Part shown: positions 15,927-25,600 of the stretch, piece after piece
Layout of the letters: every line of letters starts with the position of its first letter
Position numbering within the stretch: position 1 is the stretch's first letter
Origin: Candidatus Harpocratesius repetitus
Lineage (GTDB): Archaea; Asgardarchaeota; Lokiarchaeia; Sigyniarchaeales; Promethearchaeaceae
Length of the DNA stretch: 32,000 nucleotides
Direction: 5' to 3'
Assembly (NCBI GenBank): GCA_021498095.1
Contig: JAIZWK010000001.1
Location: 1-32,000 of the forward strand
Notes under the pieces: generated by a model
The model's input: only the letters and a program-made list of their open reading frames with translations
The model's database searches: none
What the model was told of the DNA's origin: nothing
Position numbers and translations under genes: made by a program

Positions 15927-17409
15927 CTTGAGTTTGTCAAAATAAAATAAATTTCTTCATATTTGATTTTTTGCATCGTTTTATCACGACAAAAATTGCT
16001 TGCTTAAAAAAGTAACCTTTAAATCTAAGGAACTCTTTGTTTAAATAAGCATGAAAACCTTGGGCTTCTACGACTTACCACACCAATTTCTAAAGAATAT
16101 ACTCCAAAATACCGTCCATCAAAGTCCTAATATGAATTACTTGATAGAACGTCTAATTACAGGTATTTTGGGTCAAGAAAAGCCTTCAGCTCGCAAGATC
16201 CATCAGGAACTTGTGGTTGGCGAAAGTTTGAAAACGTTTTATCGCCAGATTCATCACTTAGCTGCTCAAATGCCCTTTCTTTTCTCCAATATAATCAAAT
16301 CACTCCAAAATGGGTCTGATATTCCAATGAAAGTGGATGGAGTGTTGAGCATCGATGAACACTTAATTCCCCACACGAGCCCAAAGATGGAAGGGGTGGA
16401 TTATTTCCACTCTTCTTCTTCAAATGGGAAAATTTTGGCGCATTCGATCATCTCAACTCATTATTTTCGACGGGGGATTGAGTATCCTGTCTCGTTCCAG
16501 TTTTATCGGCGTGAGCGCGAGCTAGAAAAATGGGGTGAAATAGAAAGTTATCACAAAAAAAATGACATTGCCCAAGAGGAACTTGAAAAAATTTGTAAAA
16601 TGGCCAATTCGCCCAAATATGTCCTTATGGATTCCTATTTTATGACAAAAGAAAATTGTCGATTGCTCCAAAATTATAAAAAAACATATATTTCTCGCCC
16701 AAAACGCAATTGGAAAGGGACATTGGGCCACAAACGCCAAAGCTTGACTGAAATATTTGAAGGGATTCCTGACAGAGAATTTCAACAAACATGCATTCGA
16801 AATTCAAAAATAGGGTCGAAGAAATATTATTTAACAGCGAGTCGGAACATCTTTTTTCCCAAAATCGGAAACCATCAAGTAATTTTCGTTAAAATCTTGT
16901 CAGATACAGTACGATCGCCTGATCTCTTTCAAAATGTCGAAGAAACTGTAGATTCTCGTGGTTACGCTTTTCGGGTGTTTATTACCAATAATCTAGAGAT
17001 GTCCGTAGAACGAGCACTCTCTTTATACAGCCTTCGGTGGACAATTGAGACCGGTTACCGAGATATGAGCCAAAATTTAGGCCTTCATGGATGCATATGG
17101 CAAAATCTGAGCGGACAATACTGCTTTATTGGTCTGTCATTTCTGTGCTATATCTTTTTGATGTGGGCTCGGCATCGCGGTGCGTTTTCTCATTATGGTT
17201 TAGATTTACGAACGATAGGGCAACTACGAATGGCTTTTCGTCATTATTTACAAAGAGAATTTGCGGAATGGCTGGAGAAGATCCATCTTCAGTGTCAAGA
17301 CTGCAAAATGGCAAATTGGTTATATCAGCATGTATTTGTAGGAAGTTGAGGACAAAATACCGCATAAAGAAGAAAAGAAACAAATTTAAGTATTAATGAC
17401 AAACTCAAG
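15927..17409 (+). mobile_element. Intact insertion sequence, 1483 bp, IS4-superfamily (IS701-like) DDE type
   Basis: Perfect 13-bp terminal inverted repeats CTTGAGTTTGTCA (15927-15939 and 17397-17409), with a second match TAAATTT at IR positions 22-28; flanked by the direct repeat TATTATAA (15919-15926, 17410-17417); visibly more GC-rich than the flanks. Confidence 0.93.
16051..17349 (+). CDS. DDE transposase (IS701/IS4-like)
   Basis: LSIDEHLIPH (D1), VLMDSYF (D2), YSLRWTIETGYRDMSQNLGL (YREK-type catalytic Glu). Confidence 0.92.
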   Translation: MKTLGFYDLPHQFLKNILQNTVHQSPNMNYLIERLITGILGQEKPSARKIHQELVVGESLKTFYRQIHHLAAQMPFLFSNIIKSLQNGSDIPMKVDGVLSIDEHLIPHTSPKMEGVDYFHSSSSNGKILAHSIISTHYFRRGIEYPVSFQFYRRERELEKWGEIESYHKKNDIAQEELEKICKMANSPKYVLMDSYFMTKENCRLLQNYKKTYISRPKRNWKGTLGHKRQSLTEIFEGIPDREFQQTCIRNSKIGSKKYYLTASRNIFFPKIGNHQVIFVKILSDTVRSPDLFQNVEETVDSRGYAFRVFITNNLEMSVERALSLYSLRWTIETGYRDMSQNLGLHGCIWQNLSGQYCFIGLSFLCYIFLMWARHRGAFSHYGLDLRTIGQLRMAFRHYLQREFAEWLEKIHLQCQDCKMANWLYQHVFVGS

Positions 17410-17417
17410 TATTATAA
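17410..17417. repeat. Target-site duplication, right copy (TATTATAA)
   Basis: Identical 8-mer at 15919-15926. Confidence 0.85.
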
Positions 17418-17432
17418 ATAAGACATAAAAAG

Positions 17433-17440
17433 AATTAAAA
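17433..17440 (-). promoter_or_regulatory. Candidate TATA box of the NUDIX gene, displaced by the IS
   Basis: TTTTAATT on the minus strand falls at -33..-26 from the NUDIX ATG once the IS and one TSD copy are removed. Weak evidence in AT-rich DNA. Confidence 0.3.
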
Positions 17441-17464
17441 TATCGGTTTATTTCAAGAATAATC

Positions 17465-18289
17465 TCAATTATAATGTTTTGTTATATTATTCAAATTTTG
17501 CTGATGATATTCGTTTACATGTATATATTCATCCAAGTTTCCTTTTACACAATTGGATATTTCAGCATTTGCACCAATTTCCTTCAATTTTGTTAAATAA
17601 TACAAATTACGCTCAATACTTTCATTTATTTGATTCTTTCCCATCAAGACAGGTCCATGTCCTAAAATAACTGTTGAAAATGAATATTCTTGCAATTTTT
17701 TTAATGATTCGATATAGTTTTCTAAAGAATCTTGTTCAATACCAACCAAAGGGAGATAATACTTTCCAGCATTATTCATGATTAATAGATCACCTATATG
17801 AAGGAATTGTCGATCAATTATTGTAATTAAAGATTCGGCAGTATGACCAGGTAAATTAAAGACTTTTATATGATGATGGCCAAATTTAATTTTATCACCA
17901 TTTTTTAATAATGTAAATCTAACAAAATTTTCTGTATTTTCAGAACTTCTACTTCTTTTAAAATTGTCTTCATATTTTTCATATCCGTAAAAATGAGCAT
18001 CTTGAAAAATAACTCGTCCTTCAATATGATCAGTATGAAAATGTGAGAAAATAATTGATTTAACTGTTATTCCTTTTTCTTTCAAATCATTTTTTACTTG
18101 ATAAGCATATTTTTGGATAGAAGAATCAATCAATAAAGCATTGTCATTATCAATGATGGCCATAATATTAGCATCAAAATTTGCTGAATTTCTTATTCCA
18201 TCCCCTAGTGTTGTTAGATCTGCGCTTTCATCACTATCGAAACTATACACCCAAATATCATCTTTTAATCGAATAATATTCATACCCAA
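17465..18289 (-). CDS. MBL-fold metallo-hydrolase
   Basis: LLIDS, SHFHTDH (HxHxDH), PGHT, IGDLL and LGHG motifs. Confidence 0.9.
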   Translation of the reverse strand: MGMNIIRLKDDIWVYSFDSDESADLTTLGDGIRNSANFDANIMAIIDNDNALLIDSSIQKYAYQVKNDLKEKGITVKSIIFSHFHTDHIEGRVIFQDAHFYGYEKYEDNFKRSRSSENTENFVRFTLLKNGDKIKFGHHHIKVFNLPGHTAESLITIIDRQFLHIGDLLIMNNAGKYYLPLVGIEQDSLENYIESLKKLQEYSFSTVILGHGPVLMGKNQINESIERNLYYLTKLKEIGANAEISNCVKGNLDEYIHVNEYHQQNLNNITKHYN

Positions 18290-18380
18290 ACCTTCAAAAA
18301 TGTAAATATTCTTGATCTTAAGTATAATTTATGTTCTTATTCAATAAAGACTTTCATTTTTATATCATTGAACTACTTGT

Positions 18381-18547
18381 ACATAATGGTTCATATGGGT
18401 TTTAGAATTCCATATGGCCCCATTTTCTACCGTAAAGAACAATGGTAAAAAATTCTTCAAGTTCTCGCCCGTTTTCTCAAATTAGGGAACAAAGGTGAAA
18501 AAACATTATGAACCATATGTACTTGAGAATCTCATATGGCCCCATTT
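18381..18547. repeat. Two imperfect 45-bp direct repeats (18381-18425, 18503-18547), each with two CATATG palindromes
   Basis: Ungapped alignment gives 35/45 identity with a 122-bp period; the last 15 bp (CATATGGCCCCATTT) are identical. Confidence 0.9.
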
Positions 18548-18690
18548 ACCCGCTTAATATTCGCTGGGAAAGTTTTAATCAAAGGAATAGAGCCTTTGTT
18601 CTCTTACTGGTCAGGAATGTTTATTGAATTAATTTCATGAAAAATGGAATTTTAAAGCAAACATTTCAGATCAAGGAAGTGTAAAAAAAT

Positions 18691-19362
18691 ATGTTGGTTG
18701 CAGAAGAACTTATATTAATGAGTATATCGCCCGAAAATGGGAGCGAGATTTTTTTCAACGCCTGGAAAAATGTGAAAGCAGGAATTGCTGGAGCATTAAT
18801 TATGGATTTAGCATTATTAAGAAGGATTTTTTGCAGAAATGGAAAGATTATTTTACTCTCGACAAAATCTACAGGAGACCATCTTCTGAATGAAATCTTA
18901 GCCAATATTCAACGATCAGACTCTGCTAAGTCAATCGATTTCTGGGTTTCTGAAATTCATTCGAATATCCGTAATTTACAAGATCGACTGATTGAACGAA
19001 TGGTAAATCAAGGTATAATAGAACGAGAAATTCATCCTGCAAAATTCGGAATGAAAACCTACTATCCTATTGTAAAGAAGGAAATCTACCGCGATATCTT
19101 GAATCGAATCCAATCACTTGAGTATGCAAACGAAATTCAAGATTTTCACACGTATACATTGGTATATATCCTGCAATCTTGCGGATTGAATAAATTATTT
19201 CGATCTCACCACATGAATTTGCCAACAGTACGAATATCATCTTCAAAGATTTTTAGTTTAATTGAGCAGGAAAAGCGAACAACAAAACAATATGTTAAAG
19301 AATTACTTTGCAACATAAGCACCTATATCAGTCGAGAGCATGTAATTTCAATCGCAGTCTAA
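18691..19362 (+). CDS. GPP34 family (GOLPH3/Vps74-like) protein
   Basis: LVAEELILMS, GIAGALIMDLAL, TGDHLLNEIL and RMVNQGII are the GPP34 family pattern. Confidence 0.85.
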   Translation: MLVAEELILMSISPENGSEIFFNAWKNVKAGIAGALIMDLALLRRIFCRNGKIILLSTKSTGDHLLNEILANIQRSDSAKSIDFWVSEIHSNIRNLQDRLIERMVNQGIIEREIHPAKFGMKTYYPIVKKEIYRDILNRIQSLEYANEIQDFHTYTLVYILQSCGLNKLFRSHHMNLPTVRISSSKIFSLIEQEKRTTKQYVKELLCNISTYISREHVISIAV

Positions 19363-19430
19363 ATATTCAGAATATACCAAATCGAATCAAATATGTAACA
19401 TACAACAAAATAAAACATATTTACATTATG

Positions 19431-19463
19431 AGAAAAAGGTGAAGCACCAGCTTCCTTTTTTCT
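19431..19463. terminator. Hairpin between convergent genes; possible bidirectional terminator
   Basis: GAAGC-ACCA-GCTTC core, extendable through AGAAAAAGG/CTTTTTTCT to about 14 bp with one bulge and one G:U pair; lies between the GPP34 and Rab-like stop codons. Confidence 0.45.
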
Positions 19464-19514
19464 TCTCCGCTTTTTACTTAGGATAAAAGGGTAAAGTGAT
19501 AATTAAAAAAATAA

Positions 19515-20099
19515 TTAATTAATTTCTTTACCGCAATAAGTACAAAAATGGAGATCCTTGGCGATAATTTCATGACAATGAGGACATTCATCCAGTGTAT
19601 TATTTACAATCATTCTTGTGATTGTTTCGAAAACTTGATCAACATTCTCTCCCGTTTTCGCTGAACATCTTAGAACACCATCAATTTCGTTCAGATGTAC
19701 AAATTGTTCAATGTCTTTATCAGATATTGATGCAGAATCTTTGAGATCGATTTTTGAAATTACTAAAAGTTTAATCATTTTTCCAGATGAATTATTGATT
19801 AATTCCATCCAATTATTAAGATCGAAAAATGATTCCTGATTAGATATATCAAAAAGAATTAAAGCACCGCTCGAGCCACTTATATAACCAGGAAATAAAG
19901 AACGGAATTTTTGTTCACCTCCAAAATCCCAAATACTTAATTGAATAGATTTTTCATCAAGCTCTAGGCGTTTAATCATAAAATCAACACCAATCGTTGA
20001 AATTGTTTCAGATTGGAACGTCCCATGAATATACCGGCGAATCAAAGATGTTTTTCCTACATCTTTTGCCCCAGCTACAATAAGTTTTAATTTTATCAT
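19515..20099 (-). CDS. Rab/Ras-like small GTPase with C-terminal zinc ribbon
   Basis: G1 GAKDVGKTS, G2 STIGVDF, G3 WDFGG, G4 SKID, G5 CSAK; C-terminal CPHC..CTYC. Confidence 0.92.
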   Translation of the reverse strand: MIKLKLIVAGAKDVGKTSLIRRYIHGTFQSETISTIGVDFMIKRLELDEKSIQLSIWDFGGEQKFRSLFPGYISGSSGALILFDISNQESFFDLNNWMELINNSSGKMIKLLVISKIDLKDSASISDKDIEQFVHLNEIDGVLRCSAKTGENVDQVFETITRMIVNNTLDECPHCHEIIAKDLHFCTYCGKEIN

Positions 20100-20332
20100 C
20101 TTATCCCCTTCTGAAAAAAAATATAATTATTTATTTTTTAATATATCACTAAATCATTGTTTTTTTCTCGGTTATTTAAATTATTGTATATAGTTTGACG
20201 TCATTTGAAAGCAAAGCATATAATATCTATGTTTTTAAGAATTCATAGAAATCTTTTCTTTTTTTTATCTTTGTAAAATAAATATTAAAATAACATTAAT
20301 AGGATAAGATTACAAAGTAAATAACAGTTAAA

Positions 20333-21556
20333 ATGAAAATACCGGGATCTTTTTTTGAAGTTGAACTAATGCTGAAAGATGAACTGATTGAATTCCTCAT
20401 AAAGAAGCAGAATGTTATTGAATATCGTGCACACATTATGGATTTTTCTGAGATTGAGATAGATTTGCCCGAAATCTTAGAAGAGAACCAAATTTTTGTT
20501 CCAAAAAATAGATTAGAACGAATTTTGCAAGAATTGGAAGCTCAATATATGGAACTTCTTCAAGAACAACGTGAGATCCAAAACCAACATTTACAAAAAC
20601 AAAAAGCTTTCACACAAGGATATCAAGCTTTAAAAACGCAAAGAGAAGATGTAAAAATCCTATTAACCGGCGGTTCTGGTAAATCATCTATTTATCAAAT
20701 TATTTTTGAAGGTAAATTAGCTAATGAAATTCAAACAACTATTCCAACCCGTCGTATTGAAAAACATAATTTAGATTATTCATTTCTTTCCAAACAGAAT
20801 CGAGGTCAAAAACTAAAGATTTGGGAGAGTGGTGCTGAATTTCCTAATGATGATTTTTTTAAAAATGGTACCATTCTTTTATTCATAGTTGATGCATTTA
20901 ATGTGGAATATTATGAACAAGCAAGATTGAATTTGCATAAAGCTATAGAAAAAATCAATAAATTTGGCACAAAAACTCCACATCGAGTTAAAAAACATCA
21001 AAATGTTTTCTGTTTCATCCATAAAATGGATAGATTTCAAAAAATATCAGAAAAATTCAATTCATTAGTTAAATATTTCAGAACTAATCCAAAAGATGGT
21101 AAAATGGTCAATAATATCACCTTTTTTCCAACCTCAATTTTCGATTCGAGTCTTTACAGGGCTTGGACCCAAATTGTAGAAAATCTTATGCCGAAATCAT
21201 CTAAACTTGACCAAATCTCAAATCAATTAAAGGAAGAATTAGGCTTATATACAGTTTTGATCATTGAGAAACGAACAGGCTTACCAATTTGTGCATCGAA
21301 GACTTTGCTTGATGATGCAACCTTAGTTGGAACGACAAATCGGATAATTATTACAATTGAAAAAGTACTTTCAGATTATAAATTAACGAATTTACGAGAA
21401 TTGAGAATAGATACTGCCACAGGGTTTGTAAAGGTTCATATTTTTAATCAATATTATATTCTTCTACTAATTTGTCCACCTAATGTAAATATGGAGACAC
21501 CTGCTGCAAAAAAGAAATTGAAAGATTTTCTAGAAGATATGAAAAATTACATTTAA
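20333..21556 (+). CDS. RagA/B (Gtr1)-like GTPase domain plus C-terminal roadblock domain, with N-terminal helical extension and degenerate G1/G3
   Basis: FIHKMD (Rag-type G4), TSIFDSSLYRAWTQIVENLMP (cf. RagA [21 protein letters not shown], from memory) and VLIIEKRTGLPI at the roadblock start. Alternative ATG at about 20369. Confidence 0.82.
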   Translation: MKIPGSFFEVELMLKDELIEFLIKKQNVIEYRAHIMDFSEIEIDLPEILEENQIFVPKNRLERILQELEAQYMELLQEQREIQNQHLQKQKAFTQGYQALKTQREDVKILLTGGSGKSSIYQIIFEGKLANEIQTTIPTRRIEKHNLDYSFLSKQNRGQKLKIWESGAEFPNDDFFKNGTILLFIVDAFNVEYYEQARLNLHKAIEKINKFGTKTPHRVKKHQNVFCFIHKMDRFQKISEKFNSLVKYFRTNPKDGKMVNNITFFPTSIFDSSLYRAWTQIVENLMPKSSKLDQISNQLKEELGLYTVLIIEKRTGLPICASKTLLDDATLVGTTNRIIITIEKVLSDYKLTNLRELRIDTATGFVKVHIFNQYYILLLICPPNVNMETPAAKKKLKDFLEDMKNYI

Positions 21557-21672
21557 TTTCTTATATTTTTTCTTCATTTCTTCTATATTTAGTGGGAAAA
21601 TTATAAAAAAGACATTTTTTTCTTCTTCTTGTTCTTTTTCTTTACATTTTCTTTTCATTTTAAAGAATAGCG

Positions 21673-22536
21673 TTAATTCTCAAAGAATAAGAATTGGAAA
21701 TTATTATGTTCAGGAAGCGTTGAATGAAGAAAATCATGCGAGATAACTTCTTTTAAAGAATCTAATACCAAGTTATGTCGATGTCCCCAAAAGAAATGAA
21801 GATTTGGATAATATTGTTTTTTAATGACATTAATTATTGAGAAAATGAAATTTGGGGAAAAATGCGAAAAGAGAAATATTGGTGTTCGACTTTTTGGTGG
21901 AAGAGTTGAAGATAAAAGAGATAACAAAGATTCCAAAACACTATTATAATTTTGTGAAATATTGTTAAACATTTTATCTGAAAGCCCGTAGAGCAATGTT
22001 TTCTTAATCCAAATTCCTGAATTCTGAAGAATATGACAATTTGAAGCCACTTTAATGCGATTCCGCATAGAAGAAGGCAAATTAAATGTATTCAAAGCCA
22101 TTTTCATGATTTCTTGCATAATATCCTGTGAAAATTTATAATGTTCCATTAAAAAACGAGAATATAATCCCCAATCCAACCAAAGATCGTTTTCCTTCTC
22201 GTAAATATATGAATTCAGCCATGAATCATGATTACCTTTTATAAATATTAATGGAATTGCCGGATGGAGCCATTGTCGAACAGTTATGAGATAATATAAA
22301 GGCGCATTAATGAGATCCCATCGATCAGTTTTGATTGGCATTGAAACAAGAGTTGTTAAATCCCAAGCAAAATCTCCATTAATAATTACTCCATCGAGAG
22401 TTGCAGGATCAAAATTTTGGAAGGAAAGTTGAAGATTATGATAAAAAGTGGAAGAATATCCATGCTTAGTATCAAAACTAATTTGTTTCGTTAGAAATGC
22501 AGGATAATGGAGATCAGAGAGAATAGCAACTCTCAT
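21673..22536 (-). CDS. Calcineurin-like metallophosphoesterase
   Basis: SDLH, NGD, GNHD, SH and GHRH metal-binding motifs in canonical order. Confidence 0.88.
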   Translation of the reverse strand: MRVAILSDLHYPAFLTKQISFDTKHGYSSTFYHNLQLSFQNFDPATLDGVIINGDFAWDLTTLVSMPIKTDRWDLINAPLYYLITVRQWLHPAIPLIFIKGNHDSWLNSYIYEKENDLWLDWGLYSRFLMEHYKFSQDIMQEIMKMALNTFNLPSSMRNRIKVASNCHILQNSGIWIKKTLLYGLSDKMFNNISQNYNSVLESLLSLLSSTLPPKSRTPIFLFSHFSPNFIFSIINVIKKQYYPNLHFFWGHRHNLVLDSLKEVISHDFLHSTLPEHNNFQFLFFEN

Positions 22537-22648
22537 AAATTGAATAGCATTCCATTATAAAAAAATAAATCTGCTGAAAAGAAATAAAGAAATAGGAAAG
22601 AAAAAGCTTTAATGCGAGTGTGAATGTGAGTGTACATATGGTGTTATT

Positions 22649-25600
22649 ATGCATCAATTAGAAATTCAAGCAATAAATGAAATCATTCAGAAATGGATTA
22701 GTTGGCATCTCGAAAAAAATCATTTAAGTAATGTAATTCTTGAAGAGCGAATTGGTGCACAAATTAAAAAAGAACTAGATAATAATGTTAGAAACATATT
22801 AGAGAATTCAAAAATTAACTCAGAAAAATTGGAGACAAATCCTGAAAAATTAAAAAATGACTCGAAAAAATTGAAAACGGATGAAAAATGCACGGGGATT
22901 AAAATTTGGTTAAGAAATTTTATTGATCAGAATTATTCGAATCATAAGCTACATTTTAATTCTGATTTCAGAGATAAAATATGGGATACAAGGTATATCA
23001 ATGTTCGCAACATAAACGCACGAGTTTCCCATATCAAGTATTCATGGCATAATTCCGACGTCTTAATTCATCAAACGAGTAATTTTCATAAAATATGGCA
23101 GTTTAAATTTAGATCACTCACATGTAATTTTTGTTTGACTTTAAATGAACCGAAAGAGGCTGGAAAACACAATCCTAAGAAGTATTTTGTTCCAGTTAAG
23201 CCATCAAATCCGAATTTTATGACATTTTCAAAAGTAAATAAGCAGATAACATTTTGGTTTGAATTTAGAAGATTGACAGATTCAGAGCGTAAGCAATACC
23301 GATATAAACCGCAAAAGCAGATTCAAAAGGATTTTCTACAGGGGCTGATGCATAATTTCAATCGATATTTTGATGAATGGCATGAAGTAATCCAAAATAA
23401 AGATGATTTTTTAAAAAGGATACAAGAACAGTTTACTTTCTATACAAGCAAAAAGGAATCATTTATAGAATTATATCCTTACATTAAAGAATACTTAACG
23501 TCACAATTATTCCAGTTCAGCGAAAATCTCAAATTGAGTTGGTTCAATAAGCAAAATTCCATTCAAAAACAGAACACCTTAGAAAATTGCACCATATTAG
23601 AAGATTCATTGATGCTTTTTAATGAACAGTTGGAATTATTTCAAAAAATCACAAAATTAGTTATTGATTCGATTTGGCAGATAGAATGCGTTAAGCTGCA
23701 AGTTTTTATTAAACCTAAATTTGTTTTGAGCACCAATTGGATAATAAATGAGCCCAAAGTCGATATTTTTGGTGAATTGACTTCGTCAAGCCAAAAACGT
23801 TTGTATTTAGATTATATTCAACATTCCCATCCACTAAATTATCCATCCACTGATATTTTGAAGAAAAGAGAAAAAATCTCATTATCATTATTAGAAAAGA
23901 AATCCGCCCCAATCCGCAATTTTATTATAGATACTGGAATTATACGAAAAGAAGAGCGAATTCAGATAATAAAAAAAATGTTAACGCTTAACAAGTATAT
24001 TGTGGGATATTGTATAAAAAGTGAGAATTGGCAGGCTTTGAAGTGGCTAAAAAATTGGGATAGGGCAAACCACTCTTTAAATTCAAGATCAGGATTTAGC
24101 GTAATTTATATTGATCCGCCTTATAATACTGGAAATCAAGATATGATTTACCAAGATAGATTCACACGTGCACAGTGGATGACATTTATAAAGAATAGAT
24201 TGGAATTAAGTTATGATCTCTTAGATAAAAATGGTGTTTTCTTTTCCAGTATTGATGATAATGAGTTAATTCCTTTTTCATTAATCATTCAGCGAATTTT
24301 TCCTTATACGTTAGATAATATCATTTGGCATAAGAAAACTCAACCTTCTTATCTTTCAAAACAGCTGATTACAGTTACAGAATATATTGTTGGAGCAAAA
24401 AAGGTTTCAACACCAATTTCTTTGATGGGGAGTTTGGGAAATCCCGATAAATTAACCGAACTTATCAATATCGGAAATAAAGTTACTCGAAGAATCTTTC
24501 CACATAAAAGCGTGATTATTGCCAATGGATGGAGCGGAAAACTGCAATCAAAAATCTATGGAAAGGGAAAATTGCAGATTTCCTTGTTAAATGGCCCAAT
24601 TTCAGTTATAAATGGAAAACCAGACCATGATCTTCAATTAGAGGGGAGATTTAAATGGAAACAAGAAAGAATAAATACTGAACTTCAAAAAGGAGGTATA
24701 ATCCATATTAAATCAATTGTTAGTTTACGCCCCACAATAGCCCGCAAATATGATTCGCCCATCATTAAAGCACCCACCACATTATTATCAAAGAAAATTA
24801 ACGACCTTCCAACGAATACAGATGCAAATATGGAGTTAAAAAACCTTTTCGGTATTTCTCCATTCGATTATTCTAAACCAACCAAATTGATTAAATTTTT
24901 AATCCAAGCAGTAACCTTCACATCAAAATCAGGAATGATATTGGATTTTTTTGCCGGTTCCGGAACCACAGGTCAATCTGTAATAGAATTGAACCAATTA
25001 GATGGGGGAAATCGACAATTTTATCTTATTGAGAAGAATGAGCTTTTTAATACTGTTCTACTTCCCCGTTTAAAAAAATTAATGTATTCGCCAAAATGGA
25101 AGAATGGATATCCAGTTGAGAATGATCCGGCTAATGGATATCAAGGAATTATTCAATATGGTGAATTAGAGCAGATCATGGATATTTGGTTGAATTTAGA
25201 TCCACCTCCTTTCTCATCAAGTATTTTACACAACTTTCCACCTTATTTGGAAGATCCTTTTGATACAAAACATTTTCAATACTTACTTATGTGGGAATCA
25301 AATAAATGGAATCTTCGATTGAAACCGCTAAAAATAACATCCCCCTTTGGATATTGGATTTATTCTTTAAAAGATGGGATTTTTACAGTAAAAGAAGTCG
25401 ATTTAATTCAATCATTGAATTCATTTTTGGGAGTAACCTCATCAAAAATAACAATAAATAATATACAAGATCAAGAATATATTATTATAGAAGCAACAAA
25501 AATCTTAAAACAAAAAGATAACTGCAAAATGGATTCAAAATCTTCTCAGAATATTTTGATAGTGTGGCAGAATCTTTCCACACTTGAAATGAAGCAAATA

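Noticed and set aside
15917-15976. 20-aa N-terminal extension of NUDIX in the ORF track
   Set aside because: Encoded by the IS left end and TSD, so not part of the ancestral gene.
18381-18547. CRISPR mini-array or ORB replication-origin interpretation
   Set aside because: Only two units with 10 mismatches and a 77-bp spacer, and no cas genes; no TCCAnTGGA-type ORB core and no orc1/cdc6 in the window.
22615-22633. Short GAGTGT/GAATGT hexamer run upstream of the methyltransferase as a phase-variation tract
   Set aside because: Only three imperfect units and outside the CDS; too short to support.
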